Assembly: GCA_038087875.1 (NCBI GenBank) | Contig: JAXLNO010002386.1 | Coordinates: 310,001 to 362,933, forward strand | Direction of reading: 5' to 3' | Length of the DNA: 52,933 bases | Source: Malacoraja senta | Taxonomy: Eukaryota | Shown: piece by piece, positions 35,296 through 47,600 of the stretch | Layout: the number at the start of each line of letters is the position of its first letter | Numbering within the stretch: the stretch's first letter is position 1 | Notes under the pieces: model-generated | Told to the model about the DNA's origin: nothing | What the model saw: the letters and a program-made list of their open reading frames with translations, nothing else | Databases searched by the model: none | Program-made: the position numbers and the translations under genes

Positions 35296-36834
35296 AAGTA
35301 AGTTCCCTGACGCAAGTTACAGCTTCAGCAACAACAAATATAACTGCCTGACAAACAGCGATCGTAGTAGTTTGATTCCAAGTATGCTGCACTAACCTAC
35401 ACAAATGCTCACTTTTGAAGATTTCCTCGAACAATGCACAACTAAGGAATCTGATGTTTCACTCTGAAGACTGTTGACATACTCCAGAACTTAATTTCCA
35501 ACCTATCTATGTATCATCAGCAATCTAGGCTACAGCGCCATCAGTCCCTTCATCTGCTCTTAATACCAACGATAAGTAGTTCACTTTCTTGCATTAATTC
35601 CCAACCTGCAGTTGCAGTTTCCCAACCTGAACACTCCTTTAAGACAACTCTCTGCTTGCTCTAAATTGTTTTTTTCCATTCATGCTAATTATTACCCCCA
35701 ATGTCATAAGCCTTTGCATCACTAGATTGATATCTTATGAAAATCCAGATATTGTGCGACATCTGGTGGTCAGGCCACTTATTGCTAGAACCCTCGTCAG
35801 GGGAGCTGGGACTATCACGTGAGTGACAGGGTTTTGGTGGGAGTTGGTGATGAATCAGTCGCCAGTCAACTGGTGTGCCCGATAACAACGGCAGGAACTT
35901 TGCTCAAGTCCTTACTAAACGCGAGTGGGCCAAATCTGTATTTCTTTAAAAAACATTGATTTGTTCACGACGCTTGGATCTCTACAATATATTGTATTTC
36001 TTTTGTTTCTCATTCCAATTTTGTTACCTATTCTGCTTTTCCATCATTTTGTTTTTGAATTTTAGACTGTGCACACCTGCTGCTCCAATATACATTGTCT
36101 ACGGGTTCCTGTTGCATTTTCAAAGAATTCTAATCAATTTCTCAAACAAAGTTTGAAGAAGGGTCCCAAAACGAAACGTCACCTGTCCATGTGTAAGAAG
36201 AAACTGCAAATGCTGGTTTACACCGAAGATGGACACAAATTGCTGGAATAACTCAGCTGGTCAGCCAGCATCTCTGGAGAAAAGGAATAGGTGATGAATC
36301 CATGTTCGCCAGAGATGCTGCCTGTTCCGCTGAGTTACTCCAGCATTTTGTGTCTATCATGTATATTCTTTCCACTGACTGGTTAGCATGAAACAAAAGC
36401 TTTTCACTTTACCTCAATACACGTGACAATAAACTAAACTAAAGCTTTTGTGTAAATCAGTATCTGCATCTCTTTCTTTCTACAATTTTCCTGTTAATGC
36501 CCTGATAATGCACTTTATTGTTTTGTTATTACTTAAATGTTCTGCCATTATTGAAAGGAATCCAGCATTTTCCCCAAAACAAATGTTAGTTTATATAGGG
36601 TTAAAGCTTTCTGCTTTTAATTCACCTTCTTTCTTGAATTAAGTTGTGTCTGTGATGGTGCCATAGATCATAGAGTTGTACAGAACATATATTGTCCCTT
36701 TGCCATGCTGCAGAACTCCGTGATTCAAAACACCATATAGATACATAGATACATAGAAATTAGGTGCAGGAGTAGGCCATTCGGCCCTTCGAGCCTGCAC
36801 CGCCATTCAATACGATCATGGCTGATCATCCAAC

Positions 36835-39800
36835 TCAGTATCCCGTACCTGCCTTCTCTCCATACCCCCTGATCCCTTTAGCCACAAGGGCCACATCTAA
36901 TTCCCTCTTAAATATAGCCAATGAACTGGCCTCAACTACCCTCTGTGGCAGAGAGTTCCAGAGATTCACCACTCTCTGTGTGAAAAAGTTTTTCCTCATC
37001 TCGGTCTTAAAGGATTTTCCCCTTATCCTTAAGCTGTGACCCCTTGTCCTGGACTTCCCCAACATCGGGAACAATCTTCCTGCATCTAGCCTGTCCAACC
37101 CCATAAGAATCTTGTACGTTTCTATAAGATCCCCTCTCAATCTCCTAAATTCTAGCGAGTATAAGCCAAGTCTATCCAGTCTTTCTTCATATGAAAGTCC
37201 TGACATCCCAGGAATCAGTCTGGTGAACCTTCTCTGCACTCCCTCTATGGCTATAATGTCCTTCCTCAGATTTGGAGACCAAAACTGTACGCAATACTCC
37301 AGGTGTGGTCTCACCAAGACCCTGTACAACTGCAGTAGAACCTCACTGCTCCTATACTCAAATCCTCTTGCTATGAAGGCCAACATACCATTCGCTTTCT
37401 TCACTGCCTGCTGCACCTGCATGCCTACTTTCAATGACTGGTGTACCATGACACCCAGGTCTCGCTGCATCTCCCCATTTCCTAATCGGCCACCATTTAG
37501 ATAATAGTCTGCCTTCCCGTTTTTGCTACCAAAGTGGATAACCTCACATTTATCCACATTATACTGCATCTGCCAAACATTTGCCCACTCACCCAGCCTA
37601 TCCAAGTCACCTTGCAGTCTCCTAGCATCCTCCTCACAGCTAACACTGCCCCCCAGCTTAGTGTCATCCGCAAACTTGGAGATGTTGCTTTCAATTCCCT
37701 CGTCCAGATCATTAATATAAATTGTAAATAGCTGGGGTCCCAGCACTGAGCCTTGTGGTACCCCACTAGTCACTGCCTGCCATTGTGAAAAGGACCCGTT
37801 TACTCCTACTCTTTGCTTCCTGTTTGCCAGCCAGTTCTCTATCCACATCAATACTGAACCCCCAATACCGTGTGATTTAAGTTTGTATCCTAATCTCTTA
37901 TGTGGTACCTTGTCGAAAGCCTTCTGAAAGTCCAGATACAACACATCCACTGGTTCTCCCCTATCCACTCTACTAGTTACATCCTCGAAAAATTCTATAA
38001 GATTCGTCAGACACGATTTACCTTTCGTAAATCCATGCTGACTTTGTCCAATGATTTCACCACTTTCCAAATGTGCTGCTATCCCATCTTTAATAACTGA
38101 CTCTAGCAGTTTCCCCACTACCGATGTTAGACTAACTGGTCTGTAATTCCCCGTTTTCTCTCTCCCTCCCTTCTTAAAAAGTGGGGTTACGTTTGCTACC
38201 CTCCAATCCTCAGGAACTACTCCAGAATCTAAAGAGTTTTGAAAAATTATCACTAATGCATCCACTATTTCTGGAGCTACTTCCTTAAGTACTCTGGGAT
38301 GCAGCCTATCTGGCCCTGGTGATTTATCGGCCTTTAATCCATTCAATTTACCCAACACCACTTCCCGACTAACCTGGATTTCACTCAGTTCCTCCATCTC
38401 CTTTGACCCGCGGCCCCCTGCTATTTCCGGCAGATTATTTATGTCTTCCTTAGTGAAGACGGAACCAAAGTAGTTATTCAATTGGTCTGCCATATCCTTG
38501 TTCCCCATGATCAATTCACCTGTTTCTGACTGCAAGGGACCTACATTTGATTTAACTAATCTCTTTCTCTTCACATATCTATAAAAACTTTTGCAGTCAG
38601 TTTTTATGTTCCCTGCCAGTTTCCTTTCATAATCTATTTTCCCTTTCCTAATTAAGCCCTTTGTCCTCCTCTGCTGGTCTCTGAATTTCTCCCAGTCCTC
38701 TGGTATGCTGCTTTTTCTGGCTAATTTGTACGCATCATCTTTTGCTTTGATACTATCCCTGATTTCCCTTGTTATCCACGGATGCACTACCTTCCTTGAT
38801 TTATTCTTTTGCCAAACTGGGATGAACAATTTTTGTAGTTCATCCATGCAGTCTTTAAATGCCTTCCATTGCATATCCACCGTCAACCCTTTTAGAACTA
38901 ATTGCCAGTCAATCTTGGCCAATTCACGTCTCATACCCTCAAAGTTACCTTTCTTTAAGTTCAGAACCGTTGTTTCTGAATTAACAATGTCACTCTCCAT
39001 CCTAATGAAGAACTCAACCATATTATGATCACTCTTGCCCAAGGGGGCACGCACAACAAGTCTGCTAACTAATCCTTCCTCATTACTCAATACCCAGTCT
39101 AGAATAGCCTGCTCTCTCGTTGGTTCCTCTACATGTTGGTTTAGATAACTATCCCTCATACATTCCAAGAAATCCTCTTCCTCAGCACCCCTGCCAATTT
39201 GATTCACCCAATCTATATGTAGATTGAAGTCACCCATTATAACTGTTTTGCCTTTGTTGCACGCATTTCTAATTTCCTGTTTGATGCCATCCCCAACTTC
39301 ACTACTACTGCTAGGTGGCCTGTACACAACGCCCACCAGCGTTTTCTGCCCCTTAGTGTTTCGCAGCTCTACCCATACCGATTCCACATCCTCCAAGCTA
39401 ATGTCCTTCCTTTCCACTGCGTTAATCTCCTCTCTAACCAGCAACGCCACCCCACCTCCTTTTTCTTTCTCTCTATCCCTCCTGAATATTGAATATCCCT
39501 GGATGTTCAGCTCCCAGCCTTGGTCACCTTGGAGCCATGTCTCCGTGATCCCAACTATATCATAATCATTAATTGCTATCTGCACGTTCAACTCATCCAC
39601 CTTATTACGAATGCTCCTTGCATTGAGACACAAAGCCTTCAGACTTGTTTTTACAACGCTCTTACCCCTTATACAATTATGTTGAAAAGTGGCTCTTTTT
39701 GATTTTTGTCCTGGATTTGTCTGCCTGCCACTTTTACCTTTCACCTTGCTACCTATTGCTTCCGCCCGCATTTTACACCCCTCTGTTTCTCTGCTCACCC

Positions 39801-40134
39801 ATTTAAGAACCCCACCACCTCTTATTCTCTGTTTATTATTGTTTTCTTCTTTCCCCCCTACATGTTGGGTCTGAGTGCTTTCCTTCTCTGCCTCCTGCCT
39901 CACACACTGTCTAATAGCATTCTCTATTTGAGTCCCTCCCCCCAACCATTCTAGTTTAAAGTCTCCCCAGTAGCCTTTGCAGATCTCCCCGCAAGGATAT
40001 CGGTCCCCCTCAGGTTCAAGTGCAACCCATCCTTTTTGTACAGGTCGAACCTTCCACAAAAGAAGTCCCAATGATCCAGAAATTTGAATCCCTGCCTTCT
40101 GCACCAGTCCTTCAGCCACGCATTTATCCTCCAC
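36835..40134 (-). CDS. CR1 ORF2: APE endonuclease plus reverse transcriptase (first in-frame ATG at 39771)
   Basis: Open frame of 1099 codons: LNARSIRNK, ITETWL, GGGVALLV, GDFN, SDHN; NYRPVSL, QHGF, DFQKAFDKVPH, GVPQGSVLGP, FADD. Confidence 0.95.
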   Translation of the reverse strand: MEDKCVAEGLVQKAGIQISGSLGLLLWKVRPVQKGWVALEPEGDRYPCGEICKGYWGDFKLEWLGGGTQIENAIRQCVRQEAEKESTQTQHVGGKEENNNKQRIRGGGVLKWVSRETEGCKMRAEAIGSKVKGKSGRQTNPGQKSKRATFQHNCIRGKSVVKTSLKALCLNARSIRNKVDELNVQIAINDYDIVGITETWLQGDQGWELNIQGYSIFRRDREKEKGGGVALLVREEINAVERKDISLEDVESVWVELRNTKGQKTLVGVVYRPPSSSSEVGDGIKQEIRNACNKGKTVIMGDFNLHIDWVNQIGRGAEEEDFLECMRDSYLNQHVEEPTREQAILDWVLSNEEGLVSRLVVRAPLGKSDHNMVEFFIRMESDIVNSETTVLNLKKGNFEGMRRELAKIDWQLVLKGLTVDMQWKAFKDCMDELQKLFIPVWQKNKSRKVVHPWITREIRDSIKAKDDAYKLARKSSIPEDWEKFRDQQRRTKGLIRKGKIDYERKLAGNIKTDCKSFYRYVKRKRLVKSNVGPLQSETGELIMGNKDMADQLNNYFGSVFTKEDINNLPEIAGGRGSKEMEELSEIQVSREVVLGKLNGLKADKSPGPDRLHPRVLKEVAPEIVDALVIIFQNSLDSGVVPEDWRVANVTPLFKKGGREKTGNYRPVSLTSVVGKLLESVIKDGIAAHLESGEIIGQSQHGFTKGKSCLTNLIEFFEDVTSRVDRGEPVDVLYLDFQKAFDKVPHKRLGYKLKSHGIGGSVLMWIENWLANRKQRVGVNGSFSQWQAVTSGVPQGSVLGPQLFTIYINDLDEGIESNISKFADDTKLGGSVSCEEDARRLQGDLDRLGEWANVWQMQYNVDKCEVIHFGSKNGKADYYLNGGRLGNGEMQRDLGVMVHQSLKVGMQVQQAVKKANGMLAFIARGFEYRSSEVLLQLYRVLVRPHLEYCVQFWSPNLRKDIIAIEGVQRRFTRLIPGMSGLSYEERLDRLGLYSLEFRRLRGDLIETYKILMGLDRLDAGRLFPMLGKSRTRGHSLRIRGKSFKTEMRKNFFTQRVVNLWNSLPQRVVEASSLAIFKRELDVALVAKGIRGYGEKAGTGY

Positions 40135-40550
40135 CTCGCTCCATTCCTACTCTCACTGTCGCGTGGTACAGGCAGTAATCCCGAGATTGTTACCTTTGCT
40201 GTCCTTCTCTTTAACTCCCCTCCTAACTCCCTAAATTCTCCTTTCAGGACCTCTTCTCTTTTTTTACCTATGTCATTGGTACCTATATGTATCACGACCT
40301 CGGGCTCCTCTCCCTGCCCTTTCAGGATGTCTTGGACACGTTGGGACACATCACAGACCCTGGCACCAGGGAGGCAAACTACCATCCGGGTCTCCCGACT
40401 GCGTCCACAGAATCGCCTGTCTGACCCCCTAACTATAGAGTCCCCTATTAATATTGCCCTCCTCTTCTTTTCCTTACCCTTCTGAGCAACAGGACCGGTC
40501 TCTATACCGGAGGCCCGGCCGCTGTCGCTACCCCCAGGTAGGCTGTCCAC
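39951..40550 (-). CDS. CR1 ORF1 C-terminal SGNH/GDSL esterase domain (N-terminus missing)
   Basis: GDSIVRG, PGA, HIGTND and DGLHLN blocks. Confidence 0.88.
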   Translation of the reverse strand: MDSLPGGSDSGRASGIETGPVAQKGKEKKRRAILIGDSIVRGSDRRFCGRSRETRMVVCLPGARVCDVSQRVQDILKGQGEEPEVVIHIGTNDIGKKREEVLKGEFRELGGELKRRTAKVTISGLLPVPRDSESRNGARWRINAWLKDWCRRQGFKFLDHWDFFCGRFDLYKKDGLHLNLRGTDILAGRSAKATGETLN

Positions 40551-40763
40551 CCCAACATATCATCTTATATACCTTGAAAAGCCCCAAAGATAGACACAAA
40601 ATGCTGGAGTAACTCAGCGGTCAGGTAACATCTCTGGAGAAAAGGAATAGGTGGCATTTCGGGTCGAGACCCTTCTTCACTCTGAAGTCTTCAGACAGTG
40701 CCCATCTATTTAGCTGCACAGCTTAACAATTGATTTGTAAAATTATGAATTCTTATTTTTCAG

Positions 40764-40871
40764 AAGGAAATAGGAAGAAAGACAGGCACATAGGCCTTAT
40801 TGCCGTGTGTGTGCTGATATTGATGGCTATTGTCTTGGCAGTAATTGTTTGGTGGAGAAAAAAGAGGAGAG
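40764..40871 (+). CDS. MHC class I-like alpha chain, connecting peptide/transmembrane exon (108 bp, phase 1/1)
   Basis: Acceptor tcttatttttcAG and donor GTAAGA at 40872. Encodes (E)GNRKKDRHIGLIAVCVLILMAIVLAVIVWWRKKRR: a hydrophobic span followed by a basic stop-transfer sequence, in the correct phase. Confidence 0.88.
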
Positions 40872-41119
40872 GTAAGATGGAAAAATTGTGATGCACTGTT
40901 GCTAGTAATGGTATTGGGCTTGAAGAAATGATCGATCTCAAGTAGGATAAGGCAGCAGCTACACCTGAAATGCCTCGACAGTCACCACTGTCAACTAGCC
41001 TTTGTGCTGTTGTTAAATGTTTCTGATAATCAGATATTTAAAAATTGTGAATTCAGTGTAAAAACATGTTATACATTATGGATTCACTGCCCCAAATCCT
41101 AGAAATATCAATGAGTCAT

Positions 41120-43390
41120 TAAAAGGTACAGCATGGGGGCAGTCCTTTCGGCCCACTGTGTCCATGCCAACCACCAACCACCTGTTCTCATGAATTCTAT
41201 CTCATTGCACCTTCTCATCCAGTCACCCACCCACTAGGGGCAATTTACAGTGGCCAATTAAACTATAAACTGACACATCTTAGCATGTGTGAGGAAACCG
41301 GAGCCCCTGGAGGGATCCAATTCGGTTACACGGAGAACGTGCAAACTCCACATAGATGGCACTCAAGGTCAAAATTGAACCCGGGTCTGTGTCGCTGTGA
41401 GGCAGCAGCTCTACGAGTTGTGACACTGTGCTGCTCTGTTGGGGGCTCGCACTGTTCATGATCCAAGTCAGCTATGAGGCAGATTGGTTGCAGTTTAACA
41501 TTTACTAGTTTTGTTTAGTTTAATTTAGAGATACAGTGACGAAACAGGTCCTTAGGCCCACCGAGTCTGCGCTGACCAGCGATCCCCGCACATTAACACT
41601 ATCCTATACACGCACACCAAGCCAATTAACCTACATACCTGTACGTCTTTGGAGTGTGGGAGGAAACCTTAGATCTTGGAGAAAACACACGCGGTCACGG
41701 GGAGAACGTACAAACTCTGTACAGACAGCATCAGTAGTCGGGATCGAACCTGGGTCTCCGGTGCTGCAAGCACTGTAAGGCAGCACCTCTACCACTGCAC
41801 ACAGTAGCTGCCACCAAGGCCGCTGTTGCTGGAAAACTCCAAATTAAGTGGGAATGTGAGTAGTGGGAGAAATGGTTCAAGGTGGAAAGCCGAATGAATG
41901 AGCAACAACATGACAGGTGGACTACAATGTGAAACAGGACAGCACAGAGCCAGAGACCTGAATTAAATACCGACATTGGCTGTTGTATCTGTAGAGTTTG
42001 CATGTTGTTCCTGTGACCATGTGGGTTTTCCCAGGTGCTCTGGTTTCCTCCCACATCCCCAAAACATTGTTTGGTAGGTTAGTTGTCCCCTAGATTGTGC
42101 ATGATACAATGTGGGGAGAGCTGATGAGAATGTGGGATAAATATAGGATTAGTGTACATGAATGGTTGGTGCAGGTCAGTGGGACAAAGGCCATGTTTGT
42201 ATGCTGCATATTTCCATGACTCTTTATGATGTAGAAAAATGCTGACTATTTTTGATTTATAAGATTGGGAAAGACTGTGAGGGAGAGTGCTATAGCAACT
42301 CAGCAGGTCAGGCAACATCCCTGGAGACCATGGATAGGTGACAATCTGGTTCGAGACTCTTCAGGCAAATTACAATGGGTATTCCACCGCTTAAGTCTTT
42401 TTTTAATTTTTATTTTTTTAATTTTATTTATTAGAAGTACATTACATTACAACTACATACATTAGTACTCGTCACTTATATCTTCTTACAATTAATGTAC
42501 TCCGTTTGTTTTTTACACTAGTAAAAGGAAAGGATAAGATTGAAAGAAAGAAGAAAGTGAAGGAAAAAGTGAAAGTGTAGAAAATGTGACAACAAGACAA
42601 AACAAAGACCCTATAAGAACAAAATTAAAAACAATAGAAAAAGAGTTAAGAAATAGACCCTAGAAAAGAAGGAGAAAGAGAAAGAGGAGAAAGAGAAAAA
42701 CAAATAGTTTTTATGAGCATTACGCAAATGGGACATACCAACTTTCCAGCTATCATCACCCTTTACCTGACCTCAGTTTTTTTTTTTATACGCTTAAGTC
42801 TGATAGTAGTGTACAGATGCACCTCAACCACTGACTTGCTCAACAAGTGCTTAAATTAGTTGAATTAAAGTATGTTTGGAGTAACATGCAGCAGTCCTTA
42901 AAATCTACCATTTCCCAAATCCCAAGAGAGCTGGATGATCAGGGTTTTAGTGTATTATTATCTATATCACTGGTTTCTTGCCTGTGATCACACTGTTGTA
43001 AGCGATATTCTGGTGATGAATTGCAGTTCACTTTCCTCCTGTGTAAAGGAGTTATTGTGTTGAATATAACAAGTGGATGGAAAGTCAGTGTAGGATTTAG
43101 AGTTTGTACGTAATGCAGCATGGTAGTGCAGCTGGTAGAACTGCTGCCTCACAACGCCAGAGACCCAGGTTCAATCTGGACCTCGGGTACTGTCTACGTG
43201 GAGTTTGCACATTCTCTTGTGACTATGTGGGCTTCCTCAGGGAGCTCCGGTTTCCTCCCATATCCCAAAGATGAGCAGGTGTGCAGGTAATCATCCTTGG
43301 TAAGACACCCTGATAGTGTAGGGGTGGATGGGAAATCTATTATGAATGGGTGATTGCTGGTTAGTATGGATTTGGTGGCACAAATGGCCT
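41120..43390. mobile_element. HE1-type SINE cluster (about 41120-41415 -, 41510-41800 -, 41900-42230 +, 43120-43390 +)
   Basis: SINE head, core and tail motifs. Further copies at about 12510, 13310, 15180, 19410, 29985, 32155, 51040 and 51305. Confidence 0.75.
42398..42790 (-). mobile_element. L1/Tx1 3'UTR fragment, same family as 4255-5157
   Basis: Reverse complement of about 4780-5155. 10-bp TSD CGCTTAAGTC at 42388-97 and 42791-800. Confidence 0.9.
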
Positions 43391-44652
43391 GTTTACACAC
43401 TGTATCACTGTTTTCAAGAGAGAGTTAGATTTAGCTCTTAGGGCTAAGGGAGTCAAGGGATATGGGGAAAAAGCCAGATCGGAGTATTAATTTTGGATGA
43501 TCAGCCATGTATGGCTCAAAGGGCCGAATAGCCTATTCCTGCACCTATTTTTTAATGTTTCTATCTTTCTATTAAATAAACTAAATTGGAAGACAGAAGG
43601 TATTGACTGATGCATCTTCACGCCAGCTGTAAATGTCATAAACTGTGAGAATTGATTGCAAATGTTATACAATATTATAAACTAAACTGGGTGATCAAAA
43701 TGACAAGATGGATGAAGAGCAGAGTTTTCATTGAAATAACAGACGTGCAGCTTTCTCGAGCACTTGGCCTTGGTTGTGTAATATTTCCTCTTCAAAATAC
43801 AATGTTCCCAGGCATTGCTGGTCTAAGACACCATTCAGCAAGTATATTTCCTGAAATTGAGATTCTGCTTTCATGGTATCAAGATGTCTAACAGCTCCAG
43901 CACCCAGATCAGAACCTTGCCAAAACTAAGAATGCAGCAACAATTTAGTCATTGAACATCAACGACATGCATATTTGAACTGAGGCAATGGTTAGCTTAT
44001 TATCACTGTAAACCAGTCATGGTCATGGGTCTGCCATTGTGGTCACTATTAGTGAGGGTGATTAACTATCATTTAGCAGTGAAACGGAAAAGAATTGGCT
44101 TTTCAAGCCCACGGTGCCATAGTCATACGGCATGGAAATGGGCCCTTTGCCTCAACTTGGCCATGCCAACCAAGATGCCATGTTTAAACTACAATTTTCC
44201 TGCAATTGACCCATATCTCACTGAACCTTTCCTATCTACAGTATGTACCTGTCCAAGTGTGTTCTAAATGTGTTTTAATACCTGCCTCAACTCCTTCCCC
44301 TGGAATGTTCTTCCATATTTCCACTTCCTCTGGTTCCGAGTAACTCGTTTCCTTCTCACCTTAAACCTAAGTCCTCTGGTTCTTGATTACACAAGGCTGG
44401 TTAAAAGATTCTGTGCATTCAATCTATCTATGCTCCTTGATTTTATAAACTTCTATAAGATCACCCCTCAGCCTCTTGCGTGCCAAGGACTAAAGTCCAA
44501 GCATTCTCATCCTCTCCCTGAATCACAGGCCCTGTTAATGACATCCTTCCGATAGTGGAGTGACCAAAACTTAACACAATACTCCAAATGTGGCCTCACC
44601 AACATCTTGTACAACTGTAGCAGAACATCCCAACTTTTGTATTCAGTACCTT

Positions 44653-47600
44653 TCTTTTAAATTTTTTTTATTGCTTTATTCCAAAAAACAAAAACAAAAA
44701 TAAAACATAAAAAACAGAGCAAAAAGAATAATGATAAACATAACAATGATATTGATACATAGGGATCAGGATTAAACACATTAATAACAGGTATAACCTA
44801 ATATGAGACCAGTGTCAAAATACACAATGAATATAGACCTCTCGGTCTTTATGTAAATGTAGTTAAATCTTTAAAAGGAAACATAAATGTTTAAAAAAAG
44901 CAAAGATAAAAAGACAAAAAGAAAAAGAAAAAACAAAACCCCCCTAAACTAAAAAATAAATTAAAAAATTGATAATAATAAAATAAGAATAAAAATAAAG
45001 TAAATAAATAAATAAAACAAAACAGAGCAAAACCGAATCTGAACTGAGAAATTCAACAATTTAAGTCTGTTTGTCGTCAAGTCCGTTCCACTCTATGAAG
45101 GTAAAATAATTTTTATAAAGGTTAAAGAGGGAACAATTTATGTTGTATAAATTTTCTATAAATTTATACAAATTTTCTATAAATTTTCCCCAAGTCTTAT
45201 CAAATTTAACCAAGGGTTCAACAATGTCACTTCTGATTTTTTCTAAATTTAAACATGATATCGTTTCAGAATATCACTGGAGTGTGGTCGGAGGGTTGGA
45301 ATCTTTCCATTTAAAGAAAATAAATCTTCTGGCAATTAATGTGGTAAAAGCAATCAACCGATGGGCGGAGTGGGACAAATGAATAGAATCTAACATTGGT
45401 AACCCAAAAATTGCAGTAATAGGATGAGGTTGTAAATCTATACCTAAGACTACCGAAATAGAATCAAAAATGTATTTCCAATATTTTTCCAAAAGAGGGC
45501 AGGACCAAAACATATGGGTCAGTGATGCCACTTCAGAGTTACATCTGTCACAGGTAGGATTTATATAACCATAAAAACGAGCTAACTTATCTTTTGACAT
45601 ATGAGCTCTGTGGACCACCTTGAATTGTATCAAAGCGTGTCTTGCACACATTGAAGAGGTATTAACTAATTGAAGGATCCTCTCCCATTTCTCTATAGAT
45701 AAAGAAATTTGGAGTTCTCTTTCCCAGTCATTCTTAATTTTATCAAATGTATCTATTTGCAATTTTAAAATCAACTCATGATTAGTCGTTATTAATCCTT
45801 TCTGATAAGGGTTCAACTAAAAAAAATTCCAAAATTTCGGGTTGATGTGGTAGCGGAAAAAGGGGTAGTTCCTTTTGTCTAATTTGGAAATATCTAAAAA
45901 AGTGTGAATTAGGTAAGTTATATTTATTGGAGAGTTGTTCGAAAGACATAAAACAACCCTCCAAAAACAAATTACGAAAAGCTACTAATCCCTTCCTCTT
46001 CCATAACAAAAAAACTTGATCAGTACTAGATGGTTGGAAGAGAAATTTGGATAAAATCAGATAGTCCAAAAAACGTATGAAATTGAAACTGTATTCGGAA
46101 CGTATGTCTTATTATTGGGTTCATCATATATTTATTCAATCTCGTAATTGTAAAAGGTAACGAGGCCCCTAGAATAGAAGCCAATTATAGACCTTGTAAG
46201 GAATCACATTCTAGGTTTATCCATCCAGGGCATTGGGTATCTTCTAAATCTTTTGTCCAAAATGTTAAATAACTAACATTGACTGCCCAATAGTAGAGTC
46301 TAAGGTTCGGCAATGCCAAACCACCAACTTTTTTTGATTTCTGTAGGTATTTTTTACCTAGTCTGGGATTTTTATTCTGCCATATATATGAAGAAATTTT
46401 AGAGTCTATAATATCAAAGAAAGATTTGGCAATAAAAATTGGTATCGTCTGAAATAAATACAGAAATGTAGGTAAAATGAACATTTTAATAGCATTGATT
46501 CGGCCAATTAAGGATAAGGACATTGGTGACCATTTAGTGAACTGATGTTTAATATGGTCAATTAAAGGAATAAAATTAGCTTTAAATAAATCCTTGTGTT
46601 TCTTGGCGATCTTAATACCTAAATAAGTAAAACTTTCGGTAGTCAATCTAAATGAAAGCTGTCCATAACTCGAAACAAATTTATTTAATGGGAAAGCTCA
46701 CTCTTACTAAGGTTTAGTTTATAACCAGAAAAACTACTGAATTGATTAAGTAATGCTACTATTGCCGGAATAGATTTCTCAGGGTTAGAAATAAATAATA
46801 ACAGATCATCTGCATAAAGAGATAGCTTATGTGTCTTATTCCCCCGGACAATACCAAAAATATTAGGGGATTCCCTAATAGCAGTGGCTAAAGTTTCCAA
46901 AGCAATATCAAATAGTAAAGGACTTAAGGGACAGCCCTGTCTAGTACCTTGAAAGAGCCTGAAAAAAGGGGATCTCTGATTATTAGTAAATACAGAAGCC
47001 TGAGGTATAAGATATATCAGTTTGATCCAAGAGATAAATTTTGGACCAATCTTAACTTTTTCAAGTATATTGAATAAGTATTCCATTCTACTCTATCAAT
47101 AACCTTCTCGGCATCAAGTGAGATGACACATTCTGGGGTTTTATTAGACGCTGTATGTACAATATTTATTAATCTCCTAACATTAAAGAATGAGTAACGA
47201 TTTTTAATAAAACCTGTCTGATCTTCAGAGATAATTTACGGTAAAATCTTTTCCAATCTCATAGCTAATATTTTGGAAATAATTTTAAAATCTACATTTA
47301 ACATTGATATAGGTCTATATGATGTCACTTCAGTAGGGTCTTTATCTTTTTTTTAAATTAAAGAAATAGAAGCTTCATAAAAAGATTGTGGTAATCTATT
47401 CCTTAAAAAAGGCTTCCTTAAATACCTTGCATAGCCATGGAGACAATAAATTTGAGAAATACTTTAAAAATTCTACTGTAAACCCATCTAAACCGGGAGT
47501 TTTACCAGAATTCATTGAAAAAATTGCTTTCTGTATTTCTTCTTCCGTGATGGGTTCATCTAACAACAGGGACTCATTGTATGGTAAATTTGGTAAGTTC

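Larger units (their letters stand above)
36738..40557 (-). mobile_element. Young CR1 LINE, 5'-truncated within ORF1
   Basis: Intact ORF2, esterase ORF1 remnant and (ATCTATGT)n 3' tail at about 36738-36760. Confidence 0.95.

Noticed and set aside
35700-35940. CpG-containing patch that might be another LTR or insert
   Set aside because: No TG..CA ends, TSD, TIR or ORF could be identified.
36730-40562. CATAT on both sides of the CR1 as a TSD
   Set aside because: Only 5 bp, AT-rich and overlapping the tail repeat, so it could be chance.
43812-43841. 30-bp phase-preserving mini-exon (GIAGLRHHSA) as an extra cytoplasmic exon
   Set aside because: Poor polypyrimidine tract and weak donor GTATAT. 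It cannot be supported without cDNA.
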